A DNA stretch of 63,062 bases, filler included, from Asterionella formosa (lineage: Eukaryota): the NCBI GenBank assembly GCA_002256025.1. It is 3 parts of 3 records of this genome, joined end to end, with 100 filler letters (N's around TTAATTAATTAA, not from the genome) between each part and the next. Parts side by side here need not be neighbours in the genome. Positions count along the whole stretch, not along the records: positions 1 to 20,963 come from NKIB01003182.1; positions 21,064 to 42,015 come from NKIB01003188.1; 1 more part is not named here. One strand, given 5' to 3'. Shown piece by piece: positions 11,968-25,453 of this stretch. Numbering within the stretch: the first letter of the stretch is position 1; each line of letters starts with the position of its first letter. The notes under the pieces are model-generated. The model saw only the letters and a program-made list of their open reading frames with translations. It was not told where the DNA came from and made no database searches. The position numbers and the translations under genes were made by a program.

Positions 11968-14900
11968 ATGTCGAAGACAAAATCATCTGACACAGCCGGT
12001 CGAGTGCTTTCAAGTACATATCTCGAACGATCGTCGTCTAAGGTATGGCGACCAAAAGCAACTGCTGCTGCCCATCATTATTTTACATGAAGCAAAGCAG
12101 AAAGCCCAAAAAGGGCTGACCTCGTTCCAAGTACTAGTTGCTACGTAGCACCTACGTGAATTTTTTTGGCGCGCCTTTTGCATCAATTTTTGGCTGATTT
12201 GACGCCGTGTATTTCCAATGAGATCTGACCAGTTTTGCCCCTCCGTTAATGCCAACAGAATGACTTGTTACGCCGCTTGAGAAAAATTGTGGAAGAACTT
12301 GAAGATGACGATATAGAGCCACTGTCGCCTGATTATCCTGGTTTGAATGGCCTGGCTAATTCACTTGTCCAAGACAAATATCTCGCACATCCCGATAAGG
12401 AAGTGCGACTTCACACAGTCCTGGCTTGTGTGGAGATCTTCACAATTGTAAGCGACGGAATAAAGTAATTCAGAGTGATGCTTCAGAAATAGCTGCAACT
12501 CACACTGCACCCTTTTCTATCGTTTTGTTGTCGAGCAGTATGCACCAGAACCACCTTGGGACGAAGCGGAGATTCTCAAAGTTTTCTCACAGATGATTCG
12601 CCAGCTTGGTAATCTGGCGCATTGCACCTCGCCCTCTCAAACGAACTTCAGTCACTACACATCGCTCCTGGAGCAGTTGGCAGTTGTCAAGATCGGGGCT
12701 GTGTTGGTGGAGCTAACTAAAACTCTCGATTCAGCGTCAGAGCCCACTGCTGACGAAGCTCTGGAAGTGTTGTGCGATTTAGTTCGTACGATTCTCCAGT
12801 CAGTTCACATCGATCACCCTCAGGAACTTCATTCACACGCTGTCTCGGCAGTTGTTGCGTGCTTAGACGAGTTTGATACAAACATTCCTATTCCAGTCCT
12901 TGACGAAATTCTCATCTGTGTAGCTCAAGGTTCTGTTGTCTACGTCACAAACCCAGCGGCAGTCGAAGCTGCGGCGAAATATGCCAAGAAAAAGAAAACC
13001 AAGGATGATAATGAAAAGATGCCTCCTTTGCAGATTCAACAGACGAATCCATCATACATGGTTGCTGCTTCTATCATTCGCCGAACCGTCGATCGTATCT
13101 CAACACCAATAGCATACTTTTTGAATGGTCTACTCAATGGAGACCCCAATGTAGTATCCAAGACTTCAATCTCCACTGATGATCCATCCAACAATGACCC
13201 CACGAACAAGCAGGCAGATGTTTGGACCATCATATATGAACTGCATCGAATCGCTCCGTCCGTTCTTACCACCGTTATTGGAACCGTCACCACCTCGCTA
13301 CAAGACCCGCAACTCGCCAAGCGCCTTCGGGTTACCAAACTTCTGGGACGTTTATTTTACGCTCCATCTAGCAAAATCGCTGTTCAGTTTCGGCTTTGCT
13401 TTCGCGAATGGCTGGGTCGTGCAAATGATTGCGAGGTCAATGTTCGCCAAGCGATGGTCAAATGTTTGGTCACAATTTTGACCAACAAAGGCAACGAGAA
13501 AGATTTGGTGACAGAAACGACCGAGATATTGGTCAAGATGGTCGAGCATGACCCTGATAACACAGTTCGCCTGCAAGCAATTCATCAAATTTGCGATTTG
13601 GCATACAGTCAAAAAGTGTCAACGGAACCGCAGGCTGGTAGCACTTCTTCAATTTCACAAGCCTTTGTTCCTGCTCGATTGCTACAAGCGGTCGGAAGTA
13701 GAGTGTCTTCTAAAGTGAAAACGGAACGCAAAGACGCACTTTCTGGGTTAGCGCAAATTTATCATAAGCACTATTTGCTTCAGAAAGTCAAACAAGTTGA
13801 ACTTGGAGGAGAAAACTGTTCAATTGATATAATTGTGGACACCTTACAAGGTTGCTGTGGTGACCTTTCAGCTTCGAAGAGGAATCACCGCAACCTATCT
13901 CAGACCGAGAATTCTAATTCGGACGACCTGGCCGAGAAGTACAGTTGGATTCCCAGGAAGGTATTTGAATCTGCGTCCTTCACTGACACGTTGGACCCTG
14001 AAATGAGAAATCGTGTCATACAAATTGTCGACGATGTCTTGCTTGGCTCTTCGTCTGCGAAGAAAGGAGGTCTCACGCCAACAAGTAGATCTGTTGGATT
14101 GGCCATAATCTTGGAGTCACTACGTTGTGACAGCGATGAACTTGGGAGCTACTCCAATAGCAACTCATTAAACTGGATGTCAATATTGTTGACACAGCGC
14201 GCGAATTTGCAGAAGTCCCTAGGGGACTACATTGACGCGAGAACAAAGCTTCGTGAATTCAAATCAGGAACCGAAGAAGCGATAACTGCCAACGCCGACG
14301 CAATGGAAAAGCTTGAACTCGTGGCGTCATTCACTGCCCCATCTACAGGTGCAAATGCCGAAATCAGTCCCATCCTCGAAAAGTTGCACAATGCCAGAGA
14401 TAACCATATTTTTCGGGTGCTTGCTACTATTGCAAACCCCTCTCATTCGAGTTCCGCTCGAGACAGAGCGTTCGACGAACTTCCCAAGCGAACTAAATCG
14501 CTTGGCGATCAAACGGCTTCATGGGTCAAAACACTTGCAAGACGCTGTGCAATGGGCAATTTTTTGAATGTTGAAATCATACATCACTCCATACTACTGG
14601 CCCAAGAATGCTTCGGCGAAGGCAATCTTCAAAGCTGTATGCACTTGTTGTCATCCGTGAGGTTGGCTGCTAAAATTTTCCCATCTCTTTGTGCAACAAA
14701 GGAGGAGTTTGGAACGCTTCTTGAGCTGTTCAGTGAGTGTAGGGCCGTTTCAAGCAGCAAGAATAAGACCGGAGTCGAGAATTCTCGAATTATCACTGCA
14801 CTGAGTGGCATTTTAGCACAGGTTTCCCCAGTTTTAGCCAAAAATGACGTAGAAGGCATCGATTCCGATGTACAGGCCCAGCTTTTGCGCCTTTGCACCA

Positions 14901-17809
14901 AGGATGGCACTCCTGATCAAGCTAGACATGCTGTATACACCATGGCTGGATTGTTGAACACATCGAACATTATCAACAGTGAATCCAACGACAGCACGCC
15001 ATTTGAACCTTTGCTCAAGGCATTGACATCACCTTCCCTTCTGGCCGAATCCGGCGGAAGTAGCAAAATTCTCAGTGTTCTTGCAGCTCTCGCCGCTCTT
15101 TCGGATGCGGTCCCCTCCCTGTTTCTTGGCGATGAACGAGGGACGAAGGCAATACGTTTTGCTCTTGATACAGTGTTACTCGGTCGACGAGGCTCAGTTG
15201 ACACTGATGATGACAAAAGTATGAGCGAAGGCGACGAACACACTGAACCAGCGACACCAAAGTCGATGGTCAAGCGGAGCGGCACTAAATCACTGGGCGA
15301 GAAGACCCCTGGAAGACAGACGAATTCTACCCCAAAGGAAAAAGGACATTTTTTGGAGGATGAGTCTCTTTCTATTCCATGTCGGCGAGCTTGCGCGTCA
15401 ATTGAGTTTCTGATTTCCTTTGTTAGAGCTTCAATTCTTCAGAGCGTCAAAACCAAGAACTCGGGAGAAACATCCAACCTCCCACAAATGAACCAAATTG
15501 AGAAAATTTTTGATGTTCTCCACCAGATACTTCAGGACCGGGGGCTTCCGCCATCGACTGTCGACCGTCGAAGCTGCAAAACTCGTCAAGATCGTGCCGC
15601 CCTCCGAGAATGTGCGGCGGTCCACATGTTCCGACTTTGTGATCCAAGAATGCAATTGGACAAGAAATTTTTCACGAATAGTATGTGGTACACCTTGAGT
15701 GGCTTACTTCTCGACGAAGAAAGGAGTGTAAGGAATGGAGTAATAGCTGAATTATCTGATATGCTTACCGGGAAAGGGAAGTATTGCCAAGGGGGAGCTG
15801 CAATGGCCCCTAGCCTACGCTTTCTCGCTCTCGTCGTCTTGTGCGCAGATGGTGATAATAATGGTAGCCACTCAGCAGCCAATGGAAATGCTGCTAATGT
15901 CGGAAAACGGTCTCACCATGCGAAGAATGCTGCTTTGCAATGCGTTACTAGCTTGAGAAATACATGTGACACAACCCTTCAGCAATGCCGAGCCATAGGG
16001 AAAAAAGCGGAAGAAAAGTTCGAATCGAGTCTGAAGATGTTACTCATGCCAGAATATGCAGTTCCCTATGCACTTCATTTGCTATCCATGCGCAAAGAAA
16101 CCCCTTCAGCAGGCGGGGTTGCTGCTGGTATCCCAAGACTAACTCAAATCAGCGCAAGTAGTCAAGGGTTAGAAGATAAGGAGGAGGAAGAATTTACTGT
16201 GGATGACGAGGCTCAGCACAAAATGCTTAGGAAACGTTTAAAATGGCTCTTTGATCCTCTAGTCCAGAGTCTCGGTGACGGAGCCGACAACATCTCATTT
16301 CTGCTCAGAATGACAGAGGTTTTGGGTACACACTACCAGCCTAATGATGTTCGTGTAATCGGTTCCTTTTCGTCTCAAAGCAATGCAAGTGAAGATAGAA
16401 AAAATAGCCTCAAGGTAGACGTCGCCTTATCAGTTGGAAAACTTAAGACGACCTGTGTTGCTGCACGAGAAGTTCTTCTTCGGTTTGTAAAGAATGACGC
16501 AAATCTCAGCACATACCCTGGATCCATTCAATTGCCCTTGACTTTGTTCCAAAAGTTGCCGACGTTGGCATCTCGCCAAAGTGCCGAAGCGGCACTTTCA
16601 GTTGTAAGAAACGCCTCGAAGACTACTCGGCGAGCCCGAGCTTCGCTTGGTAGCCAGGACTCTGATAATGCTATCGATAGATCAAGTCTTTCCCTTGAGA
16701 GCAACAATACTGCTCCGTCATTTCAATCAAATGCTGGATCGTCCTTGGCTAAAACGTCTCGCCCAGTCTCCAACAAGAACAAGAGAGAAAGCACTGGGAA
16801 GAATCGTGTCCATTTCTCCCCAGAGCTTGTCATTCGGAAAAAAGGCGAAAACAATAGTGCGGCTGGAATCGAGCTAACAACTCCTGTCTTCGATGATGAC
16901 AATACTGTAGAATTTGGAAATTTGTCACCAATAGCTTCATCAAGCCCATCGCCGACTCAAAGTGAGAAAACGGCAGGAACTACTCCTCCATCCGTGTTGC
17001 GCACAGTTCTAACCGATCGTGAGGCATACAATATAGACCTTACTGACGAAGAATCCAAGTTATCTGCCAAGTCCCCTTCGCCCAAATCCCATTCATCCCT
17101 GCTCAAGGCGTTGACGCAAGAAAGCAGCCAGACAACTTCTGAAACGCACTTTACCATAGACGCCGCGGAAGGCCAGAAAGCAACAAGAGCTGTTTCTAGG
17201 AAATTTACAGCTCTCGTTACGGCCAAGGAGCGCAAAGCTACTGCTCAGTTGCAAATGTTCGTAGACAGAGACGTTGGTAGTGATTACGAACAGCAGAATG
17301 CATCCAAGATAAGTAAGGAACCCGCTGCTGCAAGGCGCAGAACTTCTAATAAGGTCACGATACCCAAGATTCCGTCATCGCTTCGCGAATCGTTAGAGAG
17401 GAATACTGACGAAGGGTATAAGTTGAGCAAGCCCGAGAAGCATTCCGAGACAAAGAACCACAAGACGTCCATCAAAGTCAATATTCCAAGCAAGCAACGA
17501 TTGCCTCACGATCCTGCTAACAGTATCGAGCGTGGCACTCGACCCAAACGCAAAAAATCAGTTGCCAGTAGATCACCAAGATCAGAATTGCCTGAGTTCG
17601 ACGATGATATGAATTTCAATGAGGATTCAGAAGGTGATGATGTCATCCACGAGAATCCAAAACGACGCAAAAAGACCACGGCAAATAGTTCGAAAGGTTT
17701 TGTCAAACCTTCTCGTAAACCCTTTGGTTTGAACAACATTAGTGGTGGACGTAGTAGCGGCAACAAAACAACCGGCTCAAATAGAACTGGAAAACGTGCC
17801 AAGGCATAG
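11968..17809 (+). CDS. PDS5: Sister chromatid cohesion protein PDS5; exons 11968-12042, 12259-12447, 12539-17809
   Basis: The spliced frame gives YLAHPDKEVRL..ACVEIFTI|YAPEPPW (Pds5 N-terminal signature), plus IIYELHRIAPSVL, RLRVTKLLGRLF and LMPEYAVPYALHLL, a HEAT-like body and a charged tail. Both introns are GT..AG, phase 0. Confidence 0.93.
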
Positions 17810-17906
17810 TCTCGGGGAAACATTTTGGGAACTAAGTAAATGTTTACACACTCAACATTGTGATAGAATTAGAGATATCGTCTTGCGACATGTACCAAGG
17901 CTTACC

Positions 17907-18548
17907 CTACTTTCCTACCTTCCGCGCTTTCTTGTAACCATTCGCTTGCAATATCTCTACTGCCCTGAATGCATATTCCCCTTGGATTTCTAAAACACCA
18001 TCGACAAGAGCACCACCGACTCCGAGCTTCTGTTTCATCGCCTTGAGCAAAATTTTTCGATCCTCCATTGGAGTTGTCATACCTCGCATAAGGGTCACAA
18101 TTTTGGATCCTCTTTTCACTTCCAATACTTGAATGTCTTCGTTTTCTGGATTCGCCATTCGCGTCTGTTTGGTGCTATCTATGGATCCATTCCCTGTCCG
18201 CTGTCGATGTTCCTTAGTGAGTAGGGGTTTGTTGTTTGTATTAGCTTCTTGAGGACTTGGTTTTGTCTTGGACGGGACTCCTAGTTTGAAGGACTTGGGT
18301 CGTTGAATTTGAGGTTTCCCAGCCAAAATTCCGTCTGACGATATGGATCCCGATAAATCTGGATTGATTGTAAAGCTCGTCTTCTTCCTTGGTGACTCTG
18401 ATGCCTCTGTACTACGCTCGTTTAGGCGAATGCTGCTAATCTCCGCCATGAATCTGTTCTTGACACTGCCCGGCTCGATTAAAAACCCACCCCCAATAGC
18501 GACAACGAAGGCATAGAAAATAATTGCTCTCTCTTCTACTCTTTTCAT
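17907..18548 (-). CDS. SUI1/eIF1-domain (YciH-like) protein with N-terminal presequence, possibly plastid-targeted
   Basis: C-terminal KRGSKIVTLMRGM..LLKAMKQKLGVGGA..DGVLEIQGE SUI1 motif; hydrophobic N-terminal segment. Confidence 0.8.
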   Translation of the reverse strand: MKRVEERAIIFYAFVVAIGGGFLIEPGSVKNRFMAEISSIRLNERSTEASESPRKKTSFTINPDLSGSISSDGILAGKPQIQRPKSFKLGVPSKTKPSPQEANTNNKPLLTKEHRQRTGNGSIDSTKQTRMANPENEDIQVLEVKRGSKIVTLMRGMTTPMEDRKILLKAMKQKLGVGGALVDGVLEIQGEYAFRAVEILQANGYKKARKVGK

Positions 18549-19216
18549 GATCTTTGTTCGTCTTTACAAGTGGATCGATCACAGGACGAAAATGCCATAA
18601 TGTATGATGAACCTATTATTATGCATGCGTAATTTTACACTTATCCTTGATACAAATAAACCAATATACCGTCTATGCATTTAGCCATATATTGCAATCT
18701 CCAAGCACAACAACGCCAAGTACAAATGCACAACTATCTTCATCTGCATCTATAGATTTTCAAACCCCAAATGATAATGATGGTGACAACGAAAGCAGTA
18801 GTAGTGATGATGAATAAGTTAAATGAAAATAGTAAATCTAAGTCTTTGAAACATTACTCTATGACTTAAAATGCATTTCTGTTAGCAATAATGTACCATA
18901 AACGTTCTCAGAAGAGAACATGAGCCATTTCTACATGCAGATGTTCACTGCACTGATTGCTTCAGACGAATACAACTACAACGTGAGCCTATTTGAAAGA
19001 ATGCTAATATATTCCTTTTCTATATGGTGCAGTAGTCAGTGACTTGGAGAACCTTACAAAGGTAATTGTTGCAAGCAAAAATGGGTGATAATAGGTAAGG
19101 CAGGCCACCATTAGCTAGCATAGCTTCGTGGTAGACCCACACATGACAAAGACAATGAAAAATAGGAAGATTTGCTTTACAAGGAGATCAATAGATCATG
19201 CGATGAAATTGATCAT

Positions 19217-19708
19217 TTAATTTCTGTCTACAGCTTCTTTGCTATTGAGGATCCCAAAAATTTCCGAAACGGACTGTTGTTTGAAACGCTTGTCTCGTCG
19301 CTTCGATCTTTGTTCGAACCTAGGCCCCTTACGTTTTTGCTGCGAAAGAATTACGGGACTATCAATAACTTTCAATGATTCTCTTCGACTATCTTCACTT
19401 CTAGTTGATTCTGATTTCACCCTTTTTGTCCATCCTGAGGTCTTCCGTAGTTTTGCCCAAATTGGAATTAGATCGTATTCCGGATCACCGTCGTTTTCTG
19501 AAGGCGATGCATGTTCTTCTGAAGAGCGCTCCGCATCTAGTTTCGAATGAAGCTCTAAAAAGGCATCATACTGCTCTAACGTCGGTACGAGCTTTTGATG
19601 CGCCGGAGGGAGGAATCGTTCCTCACACCATTCGTCTCGAACGCTGCCAACGTTTTCAAAAAGCAAATGTACCAGATGCCCCGGAAGCCTGATGGTACGA
19701 CATGCCAT
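19217..19708 (-). CDS. Hypothetical protein (163 aa)
   Basis: ATG-started intact ORF with protein-like composition and TACCGGTA motifs upstream; no recognisable domain. Confidence 0.5.
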   Translation of the reverse strand: MACRTIRLPGHLVHLLFENVGSVRDEWCEERFLPPAHQKLVPTLEQYDAFLELHSKLDAERSSEEHASPSENDGDPEYDLIPIWAKLRKTSGWTKRVKSESTRSEDSRRESLKVIDSPVILSQQKRKGPRFEQRSKRRDKRFKQQSVSEIFGILNSKEAVDRN

Positions 19709-20963
19709 GGCTGATGTTATCTTTCTAGAATATTTTCTATTTCCCTTCCGTTACTCTTCGATTATGGCGCGTCGTTGGAACATGCTCAACAAAATAATCC
19801 TAGCTAGTAGACTATTACAGTATCATCACATAATTAATGATGCCAACGTATACAGCATATCTTACGGTTAGAGAATCTTTTCATATTACCGGTACGCACA
19901 TACGATACCTCCAGGTGCCGGTATGACGGAACAAACATGACTATCGGTACCAGGTAGTATGATGCACATATACCGGTACTCCGACGTTGATGTTTTAATG
20001 TACCTGGTCACCGTATGTAGCTGCACGAGCCTGGAAGACAACAATGTATGGCGCGGCGAAAATACCTGTTAGTCGAAGCAGTCGGATATGTTCCTTCAGG
20101 TACCAGGTACCTGGTACCATGGCGAACAGGGCGGGGCAACAGCACTCTATGTGACAACATTGATGATCAATCAAAGTCAGTAAATATAGAAACAAAAACA
20201 CTAAATAATTAACAAAGAATCACTAAATAATTAAATTAGCTGAAATGTGATCTTAGTTTCAAAAATGCATTGCCGGCTCAATAGGGTACCAGGTACCAGT
20301 AATCTGATTCGACCCAAATTTTGGCAACAGCTACCATTCGACCTATTTATTGCGAGAACAGCCACAAAAGCTCAACTTACAAGCATGAACATTGCTCCTC
20401 CATACACGCCAAGGAACAACTTTGTCTGAAACGGAATCAACATATCTCTAGCAAATATTCGTCCCAAAACATATGATTACCCTGTTTATGGATGACTCTC
20501 ACTCAGTAAAAAAGAAATAAGGATGACTCTCAGTTTTAGGTGGTACACACCAAGTGCCAGAGTGCCAGTGCTCCCTCTGTTCCGATATTTGATTGTTGCA
20601 ACGATGCAACCAAACATCAAGTCACTGCCTCTCATGAAGTGCAACAAGCTCCAAGAATTCTCCGGCTAATTGCCCCTCCTGTTAAAAAATCATTCCGAAT
20701 TGAATGGTGCATATAATATATATTCTAAGTATTCTACAAATAGGTGAGGAACCTGACCTTGATTTTGTTTTGGTGCAATTGGAATGTATACTCCTCTGGA
20801 CCCCCCCCTTTTTTTCATTGACCCTTCTTTAGTCAATACCGTATACTTCATTGTCCTGGACCCCCCCTATGGTTGCTGGACCCCCCTGTACATTTTTCTC
20901 GAGGTGGAACCAAACACCCAATAATTTTCTTGTCATAGACAAAGTAACGTGCTATATTTCTTT

Positions 20964-21063
20964 NNNNNNNNNNNNNNNNNNNNNNNNNNNNNNNNNNNNN
21001 NNNNNNNTTAATTAATTAANNNNNNNNNNNNNNNNNNNNNNNNNNNNNNNNNNNNNNNNNNNN
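20964..21063. other. Assembly gap with TTAATTAATTAA linker
   Basis: 44 N + TTAATTAATTAA + 44 N. Confidence 0.97.
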
Positions 21064-21151
21064 TGAAGTATTTCAAATAATTATGTGAAGTATTTCAAAT
21101 AATTATGTGAAGTATTTCAAATAATTATGTGAAGTATTTCAAATAATTATG
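21064..21151 (+). repeat. 22-bp minisatellite, 4 copies
   Basis: TGAAGTATTTCAAATAATTATG x4, abutting the gap. Confidence 0.95.
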
Positions 21152-21974
21152 TGAAGGTGATCACGTAATATAGTGATGATCAGGAATGCATGCATGATAC
21201 TCTCATCAAATAATTAACGTGATGTATTCAGATAATATATAGATATATTCAAGTAAGCATTTTGATGTATTCAACTAATTCATGTGATCCATTCAAAATC
21301 AACTAGGCTTATTTACGTGATGGTCACTTCACGTAATACGCGGCTTAGATGTAGTACAAGCATCTCGAAGTATGCTCGAATTATGAGTTTTTGGCTTTTC
21401 GGATTCCCTTGGTGTTATGGGCTTCACTTTTAAACATTACTAGTGGCATGATGGGCATGGATGGCATGGAATTTTTAAGTCCCCTCGTTTTTCTTAATGA
21501 AAGTCAAGGTTTAGTTTGGAGTCAGTTTGACCTGGAGAGGTTGCTTGCTGACGTGGTGATGGATTGTTATAGGTATTCTCACAGGTAAGACTCTAAGCTT
21601 CAAGTCACCCTCTCAAACTATGACTATTGAAAACCTAGACTACTGTACATTAGATTTAGAGTACTTTTATAGATTTTATATCCTAATTATTACCTAGTCA
21701 AACATTGTTTATAGTCAGTCTGTAGGAATATTAGATTAAGGTGCACCGAACAACAGCACTGCCTAATTTACCGGTGTAAATACCGGTATATGGCATTAGT
21801 GCGCGTGCTCATCACAATAACTTCATGTTCAGCTTGTTGGCTGATGAACGCATCGCTTCATCATACTACCAGTACCTGGTATCAGGTAGGAGTACCAGGT
21901 AGTAAAACACAACATCAAATATACCGGGTACCATACTCAACTAATAACTATCTACCGATAGTTCGTGACGAATC

Positions 21975-22175
21975 ATGTGGATGCGTTCACTCTCTACGAA
22001 ACGACAGTATTCAACAAGGTTCTGGAAAGAAGGACGGGGTGGGACTGATCCTCCGGATGCCAAGTTTTTGGCTGTGGCGGCAATTGTTGTGGCAGCTGGA
22101 GGGTATGCATGGTTGATCGACCCACCCATCAACGAGCCATCACCATCAGAGAATGACTCGGAGCCCACTTCTTAA
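21975..22175 (+). CDS. Candidate small single-pass membrane protein (66 aa), possibly mitochondrial
   Basis: ATG start, Arg/Ser-rich N-terminus, hydrophobic FLAVAAIVVAAGGYAWLI, acidic tail; GGTACC-rich upstream region. Confidence 0.45.
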   Translation: MWMRSLSTKRQYSTRFWKEGRGGTDPPDAKFLAVAAIVVAAGGYAWLIDPPINEPSPSENDSEPTS

Positions 22176-22567
22176 AATTTTCATTTGTTCCATCTCTTTC
22201 ATCGCTAAAAAAATAGTTTTTATCCCAAACTGTTTTATAGTGTAATAAAGATTTATAGTTAATTGCCATTGTTTGGATGCCACCTACAATAATTAGAATG
22301 AGCCCTCTCTGGTTGTAGAGACAATAACAGTCAATTGCAGTCATCCAACACAATCCAAAATGTATGAAAAGGCGGTGATCCATATTTCTTACCTTTTACA
22401 GTGATGGACACCACTGTAACGAACAGTGAGTACAGAATATTTATTTATTTATTTCTTCGCTTTGTTTCAAAACTAAACTCAGGTTGGAGTCAAAGCTCCA
22501 CGTAAGCTTTGCTTGTCATCGAAGGAGAAAGGGATTTTGAATTTGTGGAACAAAACATTTCAGCAAA

Positions 22568-22987
22568 TTAAGCCTTTGCTTGTAGATCCTTGATCTTTTT
22601 CTGCAGTTGATCAATTGTTGTTTGCAACTTGGCGAGTTGTTCCCTTCCTTTCCTGGTCTCGTTGAATGTGGCAAATGCCTTTTCCTTCTCGTCTTGTAAT
22701 TTCTTTTTCAAATCTTTTACTTCGCGGCTCCACTTGACTTCAGCATCTTGATATTTTTTGGTCAAACTTTCCATTTTTTCGACCCATTTTCTTTCTAAAA
22801 CTGTTACTATCTCCTCCCCATTTGGTTTGGCGTGAACCCAAGTACCCGTAAGGGCAGCTTTTTCCTTTTCCCAACCATTATTCCCCCCACGAGGAATAAA
22901 ACAAAGTCGACCATGATCACGATGGTGATGATCATGGGCTGTAACGGATACTATTCCAAGGAGGAAGAGGAGGAAAACAATTTGCAT
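22568..22987 (-). CDS. Hypothetical secreted protein with His-rich N-terminus and coiled coil
   Basis: Signal peptide MQIVFLLFLLGIVSVTA, then HDHHHRDHG, and a K/E/L heptad-rich C-terminal half. Confidence 0.55.
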   Translation of the reverse strand: MQIVFLLFLLGIVSVTAHDHHHRDHGRLCFIPRGGNNGWEKEKAALTGTWVHAKPNGEEIVTVLERKWVEKMESLTKKYQDAEVKWSREVKDLKKKLQDEKEKAFATFNETRKGREQLAKLQTTIDQLQKKIKDLQAKA

Positions 22988-23773
22988 TGTTGTAATTATT
23001 AGGAGTTATTGCTCGTTTATTGTTTGTCGGAAGAATAATAATGGCTGAAGTATTCACATCGCCAAAGGATCTACCGGTATCTGTATTTTATATAGCTATA
23101 TTCTTGCTTTGTGAATATCGATGCTGGCTGATTGATGATGAGCGATGCAAGCGCACGCACATCCTCGTCGATTCTGTTTTGTTTATTGTCTATTTTTTTT
23201 ACACTAGGCAATGATACACAAATGCATAAAGCAATACGTACGCTTTATACAAGAATTGATCTGGCCCGTACCGATATGTTCCCGGTACAACCAGGTACCA
23301 GGCAGGGTACCATGGTACTACAGTGCCGGAGCTATGACACACACATACACTACCAGGTATCAGGTATCAGGTACCAGTGTACCAGGTACAAGTAGAGTAC
23401 ATGTCAGAACTTTCTGAACGTTGGCTGACCGGTACGAATCATCATTATACTTTTAGCTCACAGTAGTCTAGTTTTTTAAAAACATGTAATTGCTAATATA
23501 CCAATGCCAGCAAGTTGCAGTCATCTTACTTAAAACATTTTAATCTGGGATAAAGATAGCTAAATCTTCAATTTCAGCAAATTACGACTATTAATTACCA
23601 ATATTGCTTATTCATCCATAGAATGGAATTTAAAAGCGGTATAATGCCTGACTTCAAAATGTGCCGACAATCATATTTCATTATACCATTCCAAAACCAT
23701 TTCGATCAGAATTTTGCAAAGGTCCAACCTGGAAGACTTTTCATTGCAAACCATACACGTGCCCTTGCATTAT

Positions 23774-24739
23774 TTACATGACAAACAATGGTGCATTCCG
23801 GTCTTCCAAAATAGCAGTTGCGACCAATATATCCTCTGGTGTTGTAATTTTCAAATTGGTATATTCACCCAGTGTCATTTGAACTGGTTCGCCCAAAGCT
23901 TCAACAATTGAAACATCGTCTGTAAATTGTTGCTCTGACTGTTCTTCATAACCACGTAGCAAAAGACTAGTCGAAATAACTTGAGGGGTGTGAACTTCCC
24001 ATAAGGTAGAACGAGGAATAGTACGAATCACTTTCCCATTCACACATTCTTTCATGGTTGCTTTACATGGAACACCCAACACTGCAGCTGTACCCATTTG
24101 TTTTGCATCATGGAGGACATTGATTATTTCATTCATAGTCACCAATGGTCTGGCACTGTCATGAATGGCAACATAATCACATTGGATAGACTCTACAACG
24201 CGGTGTAGACCATTTTGGACAGAGCCTTGACGTTCGATACCTGGAGAAGCAAACACTAGTTTACCATTGTATTTATCCACCATATATTGATACTCTGGTT
24301 GATACTTTGGATCCATGACCAACACCACCAATGGTGGTGGACTTTTGACAAATACAGTGTGTGTGTGTGTTGTAAGTATCAAAAGAAACAAGGATATTTG
24401 CATTCATAGATTCAACAACTAAGTACTGACGGGTGTTTACCTGATATCATGCCCTTGACAATATATTGGCAATTCTTCCAATAACAAATGTAACGAATAA
24501 TGCAATATTGGTATACCACGTAACGACAAAAATTGCTTAGGCATGGTTGCTTTCATTCTTGATCCAGTGCCGCCAGCTAATACAATAAAGGCAACATTTG
24601 ACATGTCCTCGACTAAAGTCGTGGGAGTACTCTGATGCAGTCGAAACGAATTGTGTGTTGTTGTTGTTGCAAACCGAACAAAGCCATGCGTTACCACCAG
24701 GTAGACCAGAACAAGGATGATGCTGGTCATCATCGTCAT
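23774..24739 (-). CDS. ispD: 2-C-methyl-D-erythritol 4-phosphate cytidylyltransferase, plastid-targeted; exons 24739-24441 and 24341-23774
   Basis: LAGGTGSRMKATMPKQFL, GIERQGSVQNG, VAIHDSARPL, LWEVHTPQ, TDDVSIVE, NLKITTPEDI. GT-AG intron joins the exons in frame. Signal peptide ends THG-FV. Confidence 0.95.
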
Positions 24740-25453
24740 GGTAAGCAAGGGCGACAACGGGATAGATAGATGGATGGATAGAGGAGTAACGTGGAGACTA
24801 AACTCAGATACAATGGACGGCGGCAGAGCAAAATGTTGGACTAGTAAATAAATTTCAAGAGGTACTGCTGTCACTCTCACCCTGGCATTACCTCCTCCGT
24901 GACATACGCACGAGATTCTTCAACGTAATACCCGGTATATAATTCAATACGGTATTCTAGTATGTTAGTATGTACATCAATGTCGACGATCTGTCACGTC
25001 ATATCTGATGAAATCCAAATCAGGAGAATTTATTAGCAAAATCTGCTGAATCGGCGCTATTTATTTAGTTTTCCAGGATCTTTTATTGATCAGATTTGAA
25101 GCGATAAGTCGTAGTATCTATATACAAGCGCTTGTTTTGTAAATACATTCAACTGTCACGACCATCTTTTTGGAGTCGTGGATAAAAATTTCAAGGCAAT
25201 TCAGAGGCAATTTAATTTTAATTTAATGTTTTCTTGGCTAAGAAAATCACCATCCTAACCCCTGGTGTAGGGGTGGTTCCAATACGCCTACGGTACGTAC
25301 ACTTGTAGTACTAGTATGCATAATACCAATGGTAGCATAAGGCATTACCAGGAGTACCTAGTACATTCACCACAGCTTCCTATACACTGCTGTTTCACCA
25401 GATTTTAATATGACAAAAAATCTTATAAAAAAGTATTTTTATCTCATAATGAC

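Noticed and set aside
20797..20888. Three TGGACCCCCC motifs before the gap
   Set aside because: Possibly a transposon end, but the partner sequence is lost in the gap, so it cannot be supported.
21008..21019. TTAATTAATTAA inside N runs (also at 42060-42071)
   Set aside because: Identical 44N-12-44N layout at both sites; an artificial scaffold linker, not biological sequence.
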